Virus record (IMG/VR): IMGVR_UViG_3300037310_000508
Location: 1-35,211 of that record
Length of the DNA: 35,211 nt
Strand: one strand, 5' to 3'
Source: a virus
Lineage: Duplodnaviria > Caudoviricetes
Part shown: in pieces, positions 19,161 through 27,627 of the stretch
Numbering within the stretch: position 1 is the stretch's first letter
How the letters are laid out: each line of letters starts with the position of its first letter
Program-made: the position numbers and the translations under genes
The notes under the pieces: generated by a model
Databases searched by the model: none
Told to the model about the DNA's origin: nothing
Seen by the model: the letters and a program-made list of their open reading frames with translations, nothing else

Positions 19161-19765
19161 TATTTTTTCTCGCCTCCGTTTTCTATTTTCAAGCCCATAC
19201 CAGCGCGTAACACTTCAACTTCCTTCGGATTGGGCTGGGATAAATCCATATCTCCCACAGCCATATCGCCGAATTGTTCGCCGAACTGGATGTAGGCGGG
19301 CATAGCGCCAAAGAAATTCTTCGCCCAGTCAAGGCGCGAGAATTTGTGTTCAGTGCGTTTGCCGCCTTCGCCTTCAGAGAAACAGACCACCGCCAATTCC
19401 TTGTCGGCGGCGTCGGCGACGGCGAGGGATTCGAGGAACTCCACCAGGCCGACGCGCTTCATCCAGGGCGGGCATTTGTCCGCGCCCAGCGATTCGACAA
19501 ATGACACGATTTCGGCGTGTTTGCTGTTAGTCGCCTGAGACTGAACTTGTTGCCGAAGCTCGAGGATTTCAGCGTCGGCTTTCTTCTGCGCTTCCGCAAA
19601 TTCCGCCCGCAACTTTTCCTCAGTCTTAGCGGCAGTTTCCGCCGCAATACGTTCAGCGTCGGCTGCGCTGAAACTAGCCGTTGGGGGCGCGGCAGGATTG
19701 CCGCCACCAAGCAATGACCTGAACCACTCGCCAGCGGTCATTTTTTCTTCTGGTTTGTCTGCCAT
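19160..19765 (-). CDS. Nested in-frame scaffolding protein (Mu gpZ-like)
   Basis: In-frame ATG (MADKPEEK) preceded by GAGGA SD, right after the protease domain. Confidence 0.6.
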   Translation of the reverse strand: MADKPEEKMTAGEWFRSLLGGGNPAAPPTASFSAADAERIAAETAAKTEEKLRAEFAEAQKKADAEILELRQQVQSQATNSKHAEIVSFVESLGADKCPPWMKRVGLVEFLESLAVADAADKELAVVCFSEGEGGKRTEHKFSRLDWAKNFFGAMPAYIQFGEQFGDMAVGDMDLSQPNPKEVEVLRAGMGLKIENGGEKK

Positions 19766-20200
19766 AGGTTCCTCACTGAAAGAGATTTCGACGGTAACTG
19801 CGTCGCCGCCTGTAAACTGAATGTCGCGCAAGCCTTTAACCGCCGGCGGTTGCGCCCCTAAAAATCCGACATGGCGCAAACGCGGCCCGTCCTTCAAATA
19901 AAAACTGGCCGAGCGGTTTTTGAATCGCCGCGCCGCGACCATCTTCTCGAATTCGTCGTCGGTGTCGCCAAACTGCGCCCATAAACTGCCGTCCGAAAAT
20001 TTCAAGGCTGTGGCCCACCCATACGCCGGCGCGTTTTCTTTGGGGTGGCCTATCACTGCCGGGGCTTCGTTCGGTTGAAAGGATTTAACGACCTGCTCAA
20101 AGAAGGAAGCGTCCAGATTGCGGTCAATGCCCGCGCTATCCGTGACCTGTCCCGTCCGGCAAATCTCAATCCATTGCCCGTTGAAGCCTTGTTTCGCCAT
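19160..20200 (-). CDS. Prohead protease / scaffold (Mu gpI-like)
   Basis: WIEI.RTG, APAVIGHP...PAYGW, SASFY, LRHVGFLGAQPPAVKGL motifs. Confidence 0.9.
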   Translation of the reverse strand: MAKQGFNGQWIEICRTGQVTDSAGIDRNLDASFFEQVVKSFQPNEAPAVIGHPKENAPAYGWATALKFSDGSLWAQFGDTDDEFEKMVAARRFKNRSASFYLKDGPRLRHVGFLGAQPPAVKGLRDIQFTGGDAVTVEISFSEEPMADKPEEKMTAGEWFRSLLGGGNPAAPPTASFSAADAERIAAETAAKTEEKLRAEFAEAQKKADAEILELRQQVQSQATNSKHAEIVSFVESLGADKCPPWMKRVGLVEFLESLAVADAADKELAVVCFSEGEGGKRTEHKFSRLDWAKNFFGAMPAYIQFGEQFGDMAVGDMDLSQPNPKEVEVLRAGMGLKIENGGEKK

Positions 20201-20209
20201 AGTCTAAGC

Positions 20210-20488
20210 CTAATCGTTGTCTCGCTTAGTTACAGCGAATTTTGGATACTCAGTATTGTGGGGGCCGTCGGCCCAGCCCTTTGTCAATTCCTCTTCACGA
20301 TACCAGCGTCCGTCCGTCGTATCCGGTTCGTCGTGGGGATGGTATTTAATGTCGTAGTCAATAACCGTGCCACTTTCGCCACGCCTCAAGCCCGTGCCGG
20401 TGCGCGTAATTACCCCTATGACCTCAGCGCGGCTGCCGCACTCGGTAACCGCATCGCCAATCTCAAATTTGGGGACTCTCTGTGCCAT
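20210..20488 (-). CDS. Hypothetical protein (SH3-like beta pattern)
   Basis: KFEIGD.V...V.G...Y.I.Y...WY.EEEL pattern; first gene after the attenuator-like element. Confidence 0.55.
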   Translation of the reverse strand: MAQRVPKFEIGDAVTECGSRAEVIGVITRTGTGLRRGESGTVIDYDIKYHPHDEPDTTDGRWYREEELTKGWADGPHNTEYPKFAVTKRDND

Positions 20489-20489
20489 G

Positions 20490-20530
20490 AAAATAAAAAA
20501 AGCCCATCGGCCTTAATGACCGATGGGCTT
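20490..20530 (-). terminator. Intrinsic terminator overlapping box B (copy 2)
   Basis: AAGCCCATCGGTC-ATTAA-GGCCGATGGGCTT followed by TTTTTATTTT. Confidence 0.85.
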
Positions 20531-20616
20531 CTCACGAGCCTCTAAAATTGCTGTTATAAAGGGCCTCTCACGGGCCTCGCTTTTGTCCTTATAATATAAT
20601 AGGACGAATTTGTAAA
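20525..20616 (-). promoter_or_regulatory. Sigma70-like promoter plus twin 18-nt boxes (copy 2)
   Basis: TTTACA(20616-20611)-N17-TATAAG(20593-20588). Box A GAGGCCCGTGAGAGGCCC at 20578-20561; box B GAGGCTCGTGAGAAGCCC at 20542-20525. Confidence 0.7.
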
Positions 20617-20618
20617 CT

Positions 20619-20804
20619 CTACCCTGCCCGCGCCACTGCGCCAGCCGGCATTCCCGTCGGCGTCCGTTGCAGCCAGTTCTGCAAAGGCAGAACAATCTTC
20701 GCCAGCCGCTTGCATTTTTTACAGACAACTTCCATCTCGGCTTGTGAATCCGGTTTGGCTTTGAATAAAAGCTGGTGACAAGAATTGCAGCGAACTTCTT
20801 CCAT
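20619..20804 (-). CDS. com: Com-like zinc-finger RNA-binding regulator
   Basis: MEEVRCNSCHQLLFKA...EVVCKKCK closely matches the Mu Com N-terminal C4 zinc finger; 61 aa. Confidence 0.82.
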   Translation of the reverse strand: MEEVRCNSCHQLLFKAKPDSQAEMEVVCKKCKRLAKIVLPLQNWLQRTPTGMPAGAVARAG

Positions 20805-20930
20805 AACTAGGTTAGGACTGGCTTAGAAACTCCCTTTCAATTGCGCCCAAAACGTCCAGAATCGCTTTGATTGACTTCTACGGCTACGACATTGATGGGT
20901 TCAACACAGGGCAAATATGCGCGAAATCCG

Positions 20931-21152
20931 TTATGCGGCTTTGGCGACCTCGAACCGTTCAAACTGGACGCCCTTATCGCCTGGGTACGGCGCGGTGTGA
21001 CCGTTGCGTCCCGACCAGATTTCTTCTGGGATGCCGGACGGAAACGCCTGGCATTTCTTCGCGCCAGGATTAGAAATATCAAAATAACTGCAAAAAGTAC
21101 AAACGGGACTCAACGGATTGGGGTCAACGCTTTTATGTTTGCCAAAATTCAC
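20931..21152 (-). CDS. Small Cys-rich protein downstream of MuF
   Basis: CTFC...C.AFPSGIPEEIWSG...H..PYPGD.G..FE; ATGA-coupled to MuF. Confidence 0.7.
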   Translation of the reverse strand: MNFGKHKSVDPNPLSPVCTFCSYFDISNPGAKKCQAFPSGIPEEIWSGRNGHTAPYPGDKGVQFERFEVAKAA

Positions 21153-22567
21153 TTTTCGCTCCGTTTATAGTTCAACCCAAACTCTTTGGCTACTCTTTGC
21201 CAGGCTAGATAATGCGCTTCGAGGTTGGCTACCGCCAACGACAATTTACCCTCTCGCACCTGTAAAATCAACTCTACCAAAACTCTATCATAAGTTTGGC
21301 GGAACGCGGCGACAATCTTTTCGCCCAATTCTTTGTTCCATCCACCCGCCGGCGGGCGCATCGAATGACGATAACCAAACGAGACGGCGCGGAGTTCAGC
21401 GAGTTCGAGCGCGGACGCCGTTGCGACATCTTCAGCCGAGAACGTGCCGCCCTTCCAACGCGGGTCAGTTTCCGGCACGCCCGGAAACGTCGGATGATTG
21501 TGCGTCAGCGTGCCGCCCTTTGCCAGAGCCTCTTCCAAGCGCGTCAGGTCAAACTCAACCTGGTCTGGTTCGCCTTCTCTCTGCCAGAAGCGTTGCCCGT
21601 CGCGGTCAAAAATCGCTACCGTCTCGCGGGGGTTAAAGCGGATTTTGTCTTCCAGTTCCAACGCGGCCTTGGGAGTCTTAGCCGAGCGTTGCTCAAGAGC
21701 GCGTTGGGCGGCGCGTTCAACCGCCTCGCGCAACCGGCCTTGCGCCGGCACTCCCACGAATTTACCCGCGCTCAGGTCGTGAACCTGAATTCCGTCACTG
21801 GCCTTGACCGGCAAACCGTTAGGGTCATACGCCAACTTGTAATCGCCGCCGGTTGGATTCTCGTGGTTGTAACCTTCCGGCACAGACGCCCGCGCGGTTA
21901 CGGAACAGCGACAAGCAAAAGCCCAAGGCGGATAATGCGTCTGCCAAAATTCATGGTCGGCGGGAAGTATGATGCCGTCACACGCGGCGTGCGCCGGGCG
22001 AGTGCGGTCATCCTTGACGGCGTGGTATTCCCAATACGGCAAATCGTCGGCGACTTCCTCCAGTGCGCGACGGCGGCCTACGCCATAAGCGATGCCCATG
22101 TTGGTGCGAAAGATAGCCTCTAAATGCCAGGCCCCCAGTTTACGATGCCCCGCGCCGGCCAATATGTCGCGGAAACGCTTGATAACTTTGGCCTGTGGCG
22201 TGCCGTTTGCCAACGCAGCAGCGAGTTCATCCTGAAACGCCTGAAGCACGTCCTTCCGATAAATCCCAGACACGGTAAACGCCGCCGCTTGCGCGTCATG
22301 CCGCAAACCGTTGAACTCTTTTTTGGTAACAAGTTTCTTGGCTTTGAAGTATTCAACCGCCTCCGCCGGCGGCACATTGAAACGCAGCTTGATAGGCCCG
22401 GCGGTCATCTTCGGCGGCGGGTCGCCTTCGGCTAGTTCTAGTCTGCCCGTCTCGGCGCGAACGTGCGCGAGTCCGAGCAGGTACGAAGCCAGCAACGCAT
22501 CGCCCAACTCAATGCCAAGTTGAGTCCAATCATCATCCAAATTGTCAAAGAGCGAGTCGGGAAGCAC
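21149..22567 (-). CDS. MuF minor head protein with C-terminal JAB/MPN-like extension (start uncertain; frame open from about 22700)
   Basis: AFTVSG, L..IFRTN...AY..GR, YWEYHAVKDDRTRPAH, YPPWAFACRCSV motifs; C-terminal E...THNHP...FSAED. Confidence 0.88.
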   Translation of the reverse strand: MLPDSLFDNLDDDWTQLGIELGDALLASYLLGLAHVRAETGRLELAEGDPPPKMTAGPIKLRFNVPPAEAVEYFKAKKLVTKKEFNGLRHDAQAAAFTVSGIYRKDVLQAFQDELAAALANGTPQAKVIKRFRDILAGAGHRKLGAWHLEAIFRTNMGIAYGVGRRRALEEVADDLPYWEYHAVKDDRTRPAHAACDGIILPADHEFWQTHYPPWAFACRCSVTARASVPEGYNHENPTGGDYKLAYDPNGLPVKASDGIQVHDLSAGKFVGVPAQGRLREAVERAAQRALEQRSAKTPKAALELEDKIRFNPRETVAIFDRDGQRFWQREGEPDQVEFDLTRLEEALAKGGTLTHNHPTFPGVPETDPRWKGGTFSAEDVATASALELAELRAVSFGYRHSMRPPAGGWNKELGEKIVAAFRQTYDRVLVELILQVREGKLSLAVANLEAHYLAWQRVAKEFGLNYKRSEK

Positions 22568-22605
22568 CAGCTTGCCGGAGGTCTCTAATTCTTCAATAAC
22601 CGCGC

Positions 22606-24048
22606 CTAATATTCCGTCGTAGATGGGCGCAACCGCTGAAAGCGCGCCGTCTTCAAGTCCGACGGTTTCCGCAATTTTGAAGTTTTTTTTTCCGCGAAGT
22701 CAGCAGAATCCTCGTTGTCATCCAACCCGCCGCCCGTCGGCGCTGATTGCGCTTTGACCAATGTATCTCCCTCGTTTTCAGGCTTGGGGGCCTGGAAAGC
22801 GTTATAAATCCAGTTTTTCGAGAGAGGGAAATTCATGTCCCATAATTTGTTTATCCACTCTGCCAAAACGGTTTGGTCGGCAGCCGGTTCGCATTGAATA
22901 GTCCAGACCGGCGGTTTGCGAACCGTCGGGCCGTAGTTGAGATATGTCAAGGGGAAAATAATTTGCGTATTGACGGCCAGCATCAAGGATTTGGCGTCTG
23001 CTTCCACCTTTTCTTGGCGGACTGCGTTGTGAACATCGCCGAGCGCGCGCGAGCCTCCTCCTTCACTACCGCGACTGGTCAATGTTTGGCCTAAGACAGC
23101 TCGGGCAATTTCGTTATTGCAGAAATCATCAACCATCTCCTTGTGGGAACTGCCAATGGCGCGAACGTGTTCCATCACTTCCATGAGAAACTTCTTGGGA
23201 ATGGCGACGGCGGATTCTTCCGCAACAGCTTGTGCGCTTTCCAGGGCTTTGTCTTGCTCGCCTTCTCCGCTGCCATCGTTGTAGCGGCTGACAATCGTTC
23301 CAGTCCCTTTTTCGAGATACCTCAGCCATTGACGGACGGAATTACGCTTAAACCATGAAGGCCAATAGATGCGTCGGCCTAATGGCGAACCCCAACGATT
23401 GCTGTATCGCGGACGATATGTGTGAACAAAAAATTTGTTTTGTGGCAATTTTCCATCCGCGCCGGCATCGCCCAGCGCCACTCCCTGTCGGAGCCGTAAA
23501 GGGCCTGTCTGCGGATAGATATAAGAAGCCAATGTGTATGCGGCCAATCCTTCAGAGCCAAAACCAAATAACGTCGGCGGCTTAAAACGCACATCCCTGA
23601 TGGCAATCCGGTCAGGCGAATCCTGCCAAAGAATTTCACCGATGCTCACACCGCGCCCAACCGCGTCAAGTGCCTCATACAAAAAATTCTCGAAGCCAAA
23701 ATACCCGTCTCCTGCTTCAGCGGCGTCAAAATACTCGGTCAGAGTTTCATCAGCCCATTCCGCAAGTCTTTTATCTTGGGCTTTGTCGCCCGTCGCTAAG
23801 ACCACACGCGGTTTAGACAACACCCCATCACGGCGCGTGTCCAAACAGGACGAGACCATACTGTCTTTCTCAAAGACATCATCGAAAATAGCCTGAGCAA
23901 CGTAAGGCGAAGTCAGCAGCTGCTCCCAACACCATGAAGGGTCGTCGGGTATCATGCCAGGCCACGCCGCCGCGCCATATCCCGTCCACGAGTGAATGCC
24001 GTCGCTGGCGAGTATTTCCTTGAAGATGTCTGATTTAGGATTTGGCAT
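22606..24048 (-). CDS. Portal protein (Mu gp29 / DUF935)
   Basis: LDAVGRGVSIGEI.W, FK......W..Y.EK.G, EI..AVLGQTLTS, GSRALGDVH..VR motifs. Confidence 0.92.
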   Translation of the reverse strand: MPNPKSDIFKEILASDGIHSWTGYGAAAWPGMIPDDPSWCWEQLLTSPYVAQAIFDDVFEKDSMVSSCLDTRRDGVLSKPRVVLATGDKAQDKRLAEWADETLTEYFDAAEAGDGYFGFENFLYEALDAVGRGVSIGEILWQDSPDRIAIRDVRFKPPTLFGFGSEGLAAYTLASYIYPQTGPLRLRQGVALGDAGADGKLPQNKFFVHTYRPRYSNRWGSPLGRRIYWPSWFKRNSVRQWLRYLEKGTGTIVSRYNDGSGEGEQDKALESAQAVAEESAVAIPKKFLMEVMEHVRAIGSSHKEMVDDFCNNEIARAVLGQTLTSRGSEGGGSRALGDVHNAVRQEKVEADAKSLMLAVNTQIIFPLTYLNYGPTVRKPPVWTIQCEPAADQTVLAEWINKLWDMNFPLSKNWIYNAFQAPKPENEGDTLVKAQSAPTGGGLDDNEDSADFAEKKTSKLRKPSDLKTARFQRLRPSTTEY

Positions 24049-24065
24049 TAGTACGACGGCTACCC

Positions 24066-25883
24066 TTAATAGCCCCTAGCCTGTGCGCTGCCAAGTTTTC
24101 TGCCGCTTGATTTGTAGCCGGCAGTGCCGATGGAGTCTGTCTTCAACACGAAAATTCCGATGGCGCACGCCATAATCTCATCATCATGGAAGCCGCTTTT
24201 GGCTTCCATTTTGGTGCCGTTTTGAACGAATACTTGGGCCTCGCCAACGAGATTCTCGGAACAGGCGTGAAACTCGCCCTCGCGCCAAGCCTTTTCAAAG
24301 AATGAGATAGCGGTGCGCTTGACCTTTTCGGTCATGGGCAAACCCGGACGCGCCTCTTCCATCGCCTGACGCATCGTCTTGCGCCCGTCGTCCACGTCGC
24401 GCTGCGCCTGTACCGTGATGTATTTGTAAAGCCTGTGGCCGTAGCCAAGATTCTCAACTTCGAGTATCGCGGCCTCGCCCATGTTGCTTTCAATGACGAT
24501 TTCCGCGCCGTAATAAGCGTCGGACAAATCGCAGCAGCGACGCGCCTGTTGGTCTTGCTTTTCGTAGCCGCCCCAGGAATGCACCTGTTCCCACGTCAGC
24601 CTGTCTAAAACCACAACGCGGGCCGGGTCTTCGCCTTCAATGCCATTGCTGGGGTCAAGAATAACCAAATAGCTGTGGCCTGGTTCGGCGGCGCGTGGCT
24701 GGCGAGCAACGCGCAAATATGATTGGTCAAAGACACTGCCGCCGGTCTGCGCGAACGGGTCAATCTCATTTTCGGGGTATTCGACGCGAAATTTCTTCGC
24801 GCCCTTCTTTTCAATCTCCTGACGCCGCCAAGCGAGAAACGCAGCCACTTCCCGGCAATGCCATTCGGCGTCGGCGTGAATGTAGCCTTTGCGCTTAAGA
24901 TGGGCCAGCACCGCCTCGGCGCAATCGCGTTCGGATTGCAACGGCAGACTTTCCTTCTGCCGCACCTCATCCGTGTAATCCGTCACGCGCAGCGCGTTAC
25001 GTTCCTCATCCGTCAGGCCATCAAACCACGCCAGCGATTGGTTAGCTTTGAAGAGATACCAACCGTGCGAAAACTGCTCAAACCGCGCATTGACAAGCTG
25101 ATAGTTGCGATTCCACCACCACTCGAAGAAGTGCGAACGGATTGTTCCTTTCTTCTTACCTTGCAGGTACTTTTTGTGATACCAATCGCCAACGCCTTTA
25201 GCCGTTGACTCGCCAGAGGTTTTGCCGCCTTTGGCTGCATCACAAAGCGCAACTGCCGCCTTTTCCGCATCGCCTTGCCAAAAAGGAACTTCCGTCAGGT
25301 GCAGCCGGGTAATAGTTTCACCGCGCCCGTCTTCCTCATGTCCGGCTACTACTGAAGAAATAGAAATGCGCGAACCATTTTCAAATGCTAAATCATATCT
25401 GGAATTGTACTTAGACTGCGGCTTTATTTCGTCGCGCAAGTTGCCGTACATGACCTTAGCGGCCTCCATCAGGCCGCCTACGGTTTTAGGGGCTTGCGCC
25501 ACCAGCCGGACGTGATGTCCGTCCTCAATTACCGCGTCGGCCAGGTAGTCAGCCAAATAGTAAGTAGAAATCCCCAGACGCCGGCACTTCAAGGTGAAGT
25601 CTTCAAGGTCTGGGTCTTCACTGGCTTCGAGGCTGGCTTCGAGTAATTCGATTTGCGCGTCGTTGAGAATAAACGGCTTGAGCTTATTCTTGTCGAAGGC
25701 GTCGCGGATTTTTATTTCGTTTTCAATGAACTCGCGCTTTCGCGCCGGCCAGTCTTGCCGATACCATTCGAGGCTGAACTTCTCCGGTTCAATCTCAATG
25801 CCCGCATCCCGCGCCCGCGCATCGGCCCGGGCCAGGAGCCGGTCTATTTCATCGCCGCTAGTTTTGGGCTTGTGTTGAGCCAT
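24066..25883 (-). CDS. Terminase large subunit
   Basis: Walker A-like LKCRRLGIST, Walker B-like LHLTEV.FW, ESTAKG, EYP, nuclease motifs ILDP, IESN and HDD.IMA. Confidence 0.92.
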   Translation of the reverse strand: MAQHKPKTSGDEIDRLLARADARARDAGIEIEPEKFSLEWYRQDWPARKREFIENEIKIRDAFDKNKLKPFILNDAQIELLEASLEASEDPDLEDFTLKCRRLGISTYYLADYLADAVIEDGHHVRLVAQAPKTVGGLMEAAKVMYGNLRDEIKPQSKYNSRYDLAFENGSRISISSVVAGHEEDGRGETITRLHLTEVPFWQGDAEKAAVALCDAAKGGKTSGESTAKGVGDWYHKKYLQGKKKGTIRSHFFEWWWNRNYQLVNARFEQFSHGWYLFKANQSLAWFDGLTDEERNALRVTDYTDEVRQKESLPLQSERDCAEAVLAHLKRKGYIHADAEWHCREVAAFLAWRRQEIEKKGAKKFRVEYPENEIDPFAQTGGSVFDQSYLRVARQPRAAEPGHSYLVILDPSNGIEGEDPARVVVLDRLTWEQVHSWGGYEKQDQQARRCCDLSDAYYGAEIVIESNMGEAAILEVENLGYGHRLYKYITVQAQRDVDDGRKTMRQAMEEARPGLPMTEKVKRTAISFFEKAWREGEFHACSENLVGEAQVFVQNGTKMEAKSGFHDDEIMACAIGIFVLKTDSIGTAGYKSSGRKLGSAQARGY

Positions 25884-26448
25884 GTTTGGCAATTAAAAAA
25901 TGATGAAAGGGCTTGGCGTGTTTCTTGAAGAATGTCAGACCTTCCACGTCCACCGCCAGATAATCCAATAATTCGTTGATGATTTTCAGCCCGACTTCGG
26001 GGATATTCAGTTGCGTGGCTTGAACTTTTAGGCGTTCCAGTTCGAGATGTTCGCGTTTGAGGTCGAGTGCCTTCTCGCGCAATTTCCGCCGTTCCTCTTC
26101 CTGTTTAACAACAAGAAGTTTAAACGGGTTAAGTTTGGATACTTCGCGGGTGGCGGTCAGCAAACGGTCTTCGATAGACTCCATCACGACAGCGAATTTG
26201 TCGCGGTCTTCGTCGCCTAAATCCTCTTGCAACTTGCGGGCTTGGTAACGCGCCAGACGGTAGCGTTCGGCCAATTCGTCGCCGGCGGCTTCGCGCCAAC
26301 GCTGTAATGAGGTTCTTGCCAAAGCCTGCTTAAACTCGGCCTCAAACGCGGCGCAAATTTCGCGGTTCGTGGAGCCGTCCAAGATGGCGTCTATCACGAA
26401 AGTAAACTGCGCGTCGGGCAGTTCTTCTACGGCAAAATTCCGCGCCAT
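25858..26448 (-). CDS. Terminase small subunit (Mu gp27 / DUF3486-like)
   Basis: VEELP...N-terminal HTH (TSLQRW) plus coiled coil; directly upstream of TerL. Confidence 0.7.
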   Translation of the reverse strand: MARNFAVEELPDAQFTFVIDAILDGSTNREICAAFEAEFKQALARTSLQRWREAAGDELAERYRLARYQARKLQEDLGDEDRDKFAVVMESIEDRLLTATREVSKLNPFKLLVVKQEEERRKLREKALDLKREHLELERLKVQATQLNIPEVGLKIINELLDYLAVDVEGLTFFKKHAKPFHHFLIAKHGSTQAQN

Positions 26449-26450
26449 AA

Positions 26451-26831
26451 CTAATCTGCCCGCGAGACGCCGGCGCACTCTACGCGGCCCTCTTGAAAAT
26501 CAGTGCCTAATTTTGTCAGGCGTGCCGCCAGCGTATTCTCCAGTTCGCCTTCAGATTCGGCGTAGCGTTGGAGCAGTTTTGCCTGGCGCACATTATCCAG
26601 TTCACCTTCCGCGTCGCGGGGAAATACGCGCAGCAAACCCGACGTGCGGAGGTAATCAACCTGCGCCGCCAAGCCGCGCTTCGTAAACGGGAAATTGGCC
26701 TGGTCAAGCAGTGATTGGAGTTCGTTTAGTTCGAGCGGTGACGGATAATTTTCGCTCAAGTACCGAATCAGCCAACCGCGTGCGCGCTCGGCCCTAAGTC
26801 GTTGTATTTGCTTTGGGTCTGCCATTGTCAT
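26451..26831 (-). CDS. Mu gp26-like winged-helix protein
   Basis: R..LIRYL...VDYL...GLL...ARLT..G.DF.EG.....GV pattern; synteny. Confidence 0.7.
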   Translation of the reverse strand: MTMADPKQIQRLRAERARGWLIRYLSENYPSPLELNELQSLLDQANFPFTKRGLAAQVDYLRTSGLLRVFPRDAEGELDNVRQAKLLQRYAESEGELENTLAARLTKLGTDFQEGRVECAGVSRAD

Positions 26832-27216
26832 TTAGGAGAGTTGGTGACACCTGTTCTAATTGCGCCACTCGGTTGCTTAATTCTTGGACGATGCTGGTTA
26901 AACCGTCTGTGCTGTCAGCCTGTACACGCTGCATGATGCGGAGGGATTCCTGAGATTTACGCTGCTCAATCGCAATGGCCTGCACCACCTCCGCTAAATG
27001 ATTGAGGGCTCTTATCTCTTCAGTGCGGGTCTTGTTACTATCGGCAACAGCCTGCGCTACCAATGCTAAGGCGCTAGCCGTTTGCACACGGGCCGCACTA
27101 TCTTCTTCCCTAACCTTCTGATAGGTTGGAGCCAGTTTGATTACTGACCAGAAAAACAAGCCGCACAGCATCAGTACCGGCCCGCCGACAATAAGTTGCG
27201 CCCAAGGCAATTCCAT
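26794..27216 (-). CDS. Membrane-anchored coiled-coil protein (lysis cassette)
   Basis: N-terminal transmembrane segment followed by heptad repeats. Confidence 0.6.
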   Translation of the reverse strand: MELPWAQLIVGGPVLMLCGLFFWSVIKLAPTYQKVREEDSAARVQTASALALVAQAVADSNKTRTEEIRALNHLAEVVQAIAIEQRKSQESLRIMQRVQADSTDGLTSIVQELSNRVAQLEQVSPTLLNDNGRPKANTTT

Positions 27217-27218
27217 CT

Positions 27219-27533
27219 TTAGCTCCTATCGGCCAGCATCGTTTTATAGGCCAATGTCGCCAGGGCGAAAATCTGCAAACCACTGGCGGCCAGCATCTCC
27301 AGCGAGAATTTGCCGCCGGTCAAAATTGTGGAAATCACTACCGCCGCAAACGCCACGATAAAGGCGATAACAAACGCGGCCACTGTCGCGCCCAAGCCGG
27401 CCAAGCCGCTGCCGTTCTTAAACCACTGCGTCACTCCCAGGCTAACGAACGCGCCGACGATAGTGGTGACGAGTTGCTCAGGGCTGAAAAAGTTGAACGA
27501 GATAAAAATTAAGACGAAAGATAGTATGAACAT
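27219..27533 (-). CDS. Holin-like membrane protein
   Basis: ATG at 27533 with AGAGG SD; 3-4 hydrophobic segments in 104 aa; near the endolysin. Confidence 0.65.
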   Translation of the reverse strand: MFILSFVLIFISFNFFSPEQLVTTIVGAFVSLGVTQWFKNGSGLAGLGATVAAFVIAFIVAFAAVVISTILTGGKFSLEMLAASGLQIFALATLAYKTMLADRS

Positions 27534-27627
27534 AACTGCCTCTTTTGATTTGGGGCCGGCGTCAGGCGCTAACATGACGCTGGCCCCGATTTGGAGATTC
27601 TTGGCAAGAAAAATACCGAGATTCGCT

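Noticed and set aside
20513-20728. 71-aa minus-strand ORF across com and the leader
   Set aside because: It overlaps com out of frame and runs through the promoter and boxes; likely spurious.
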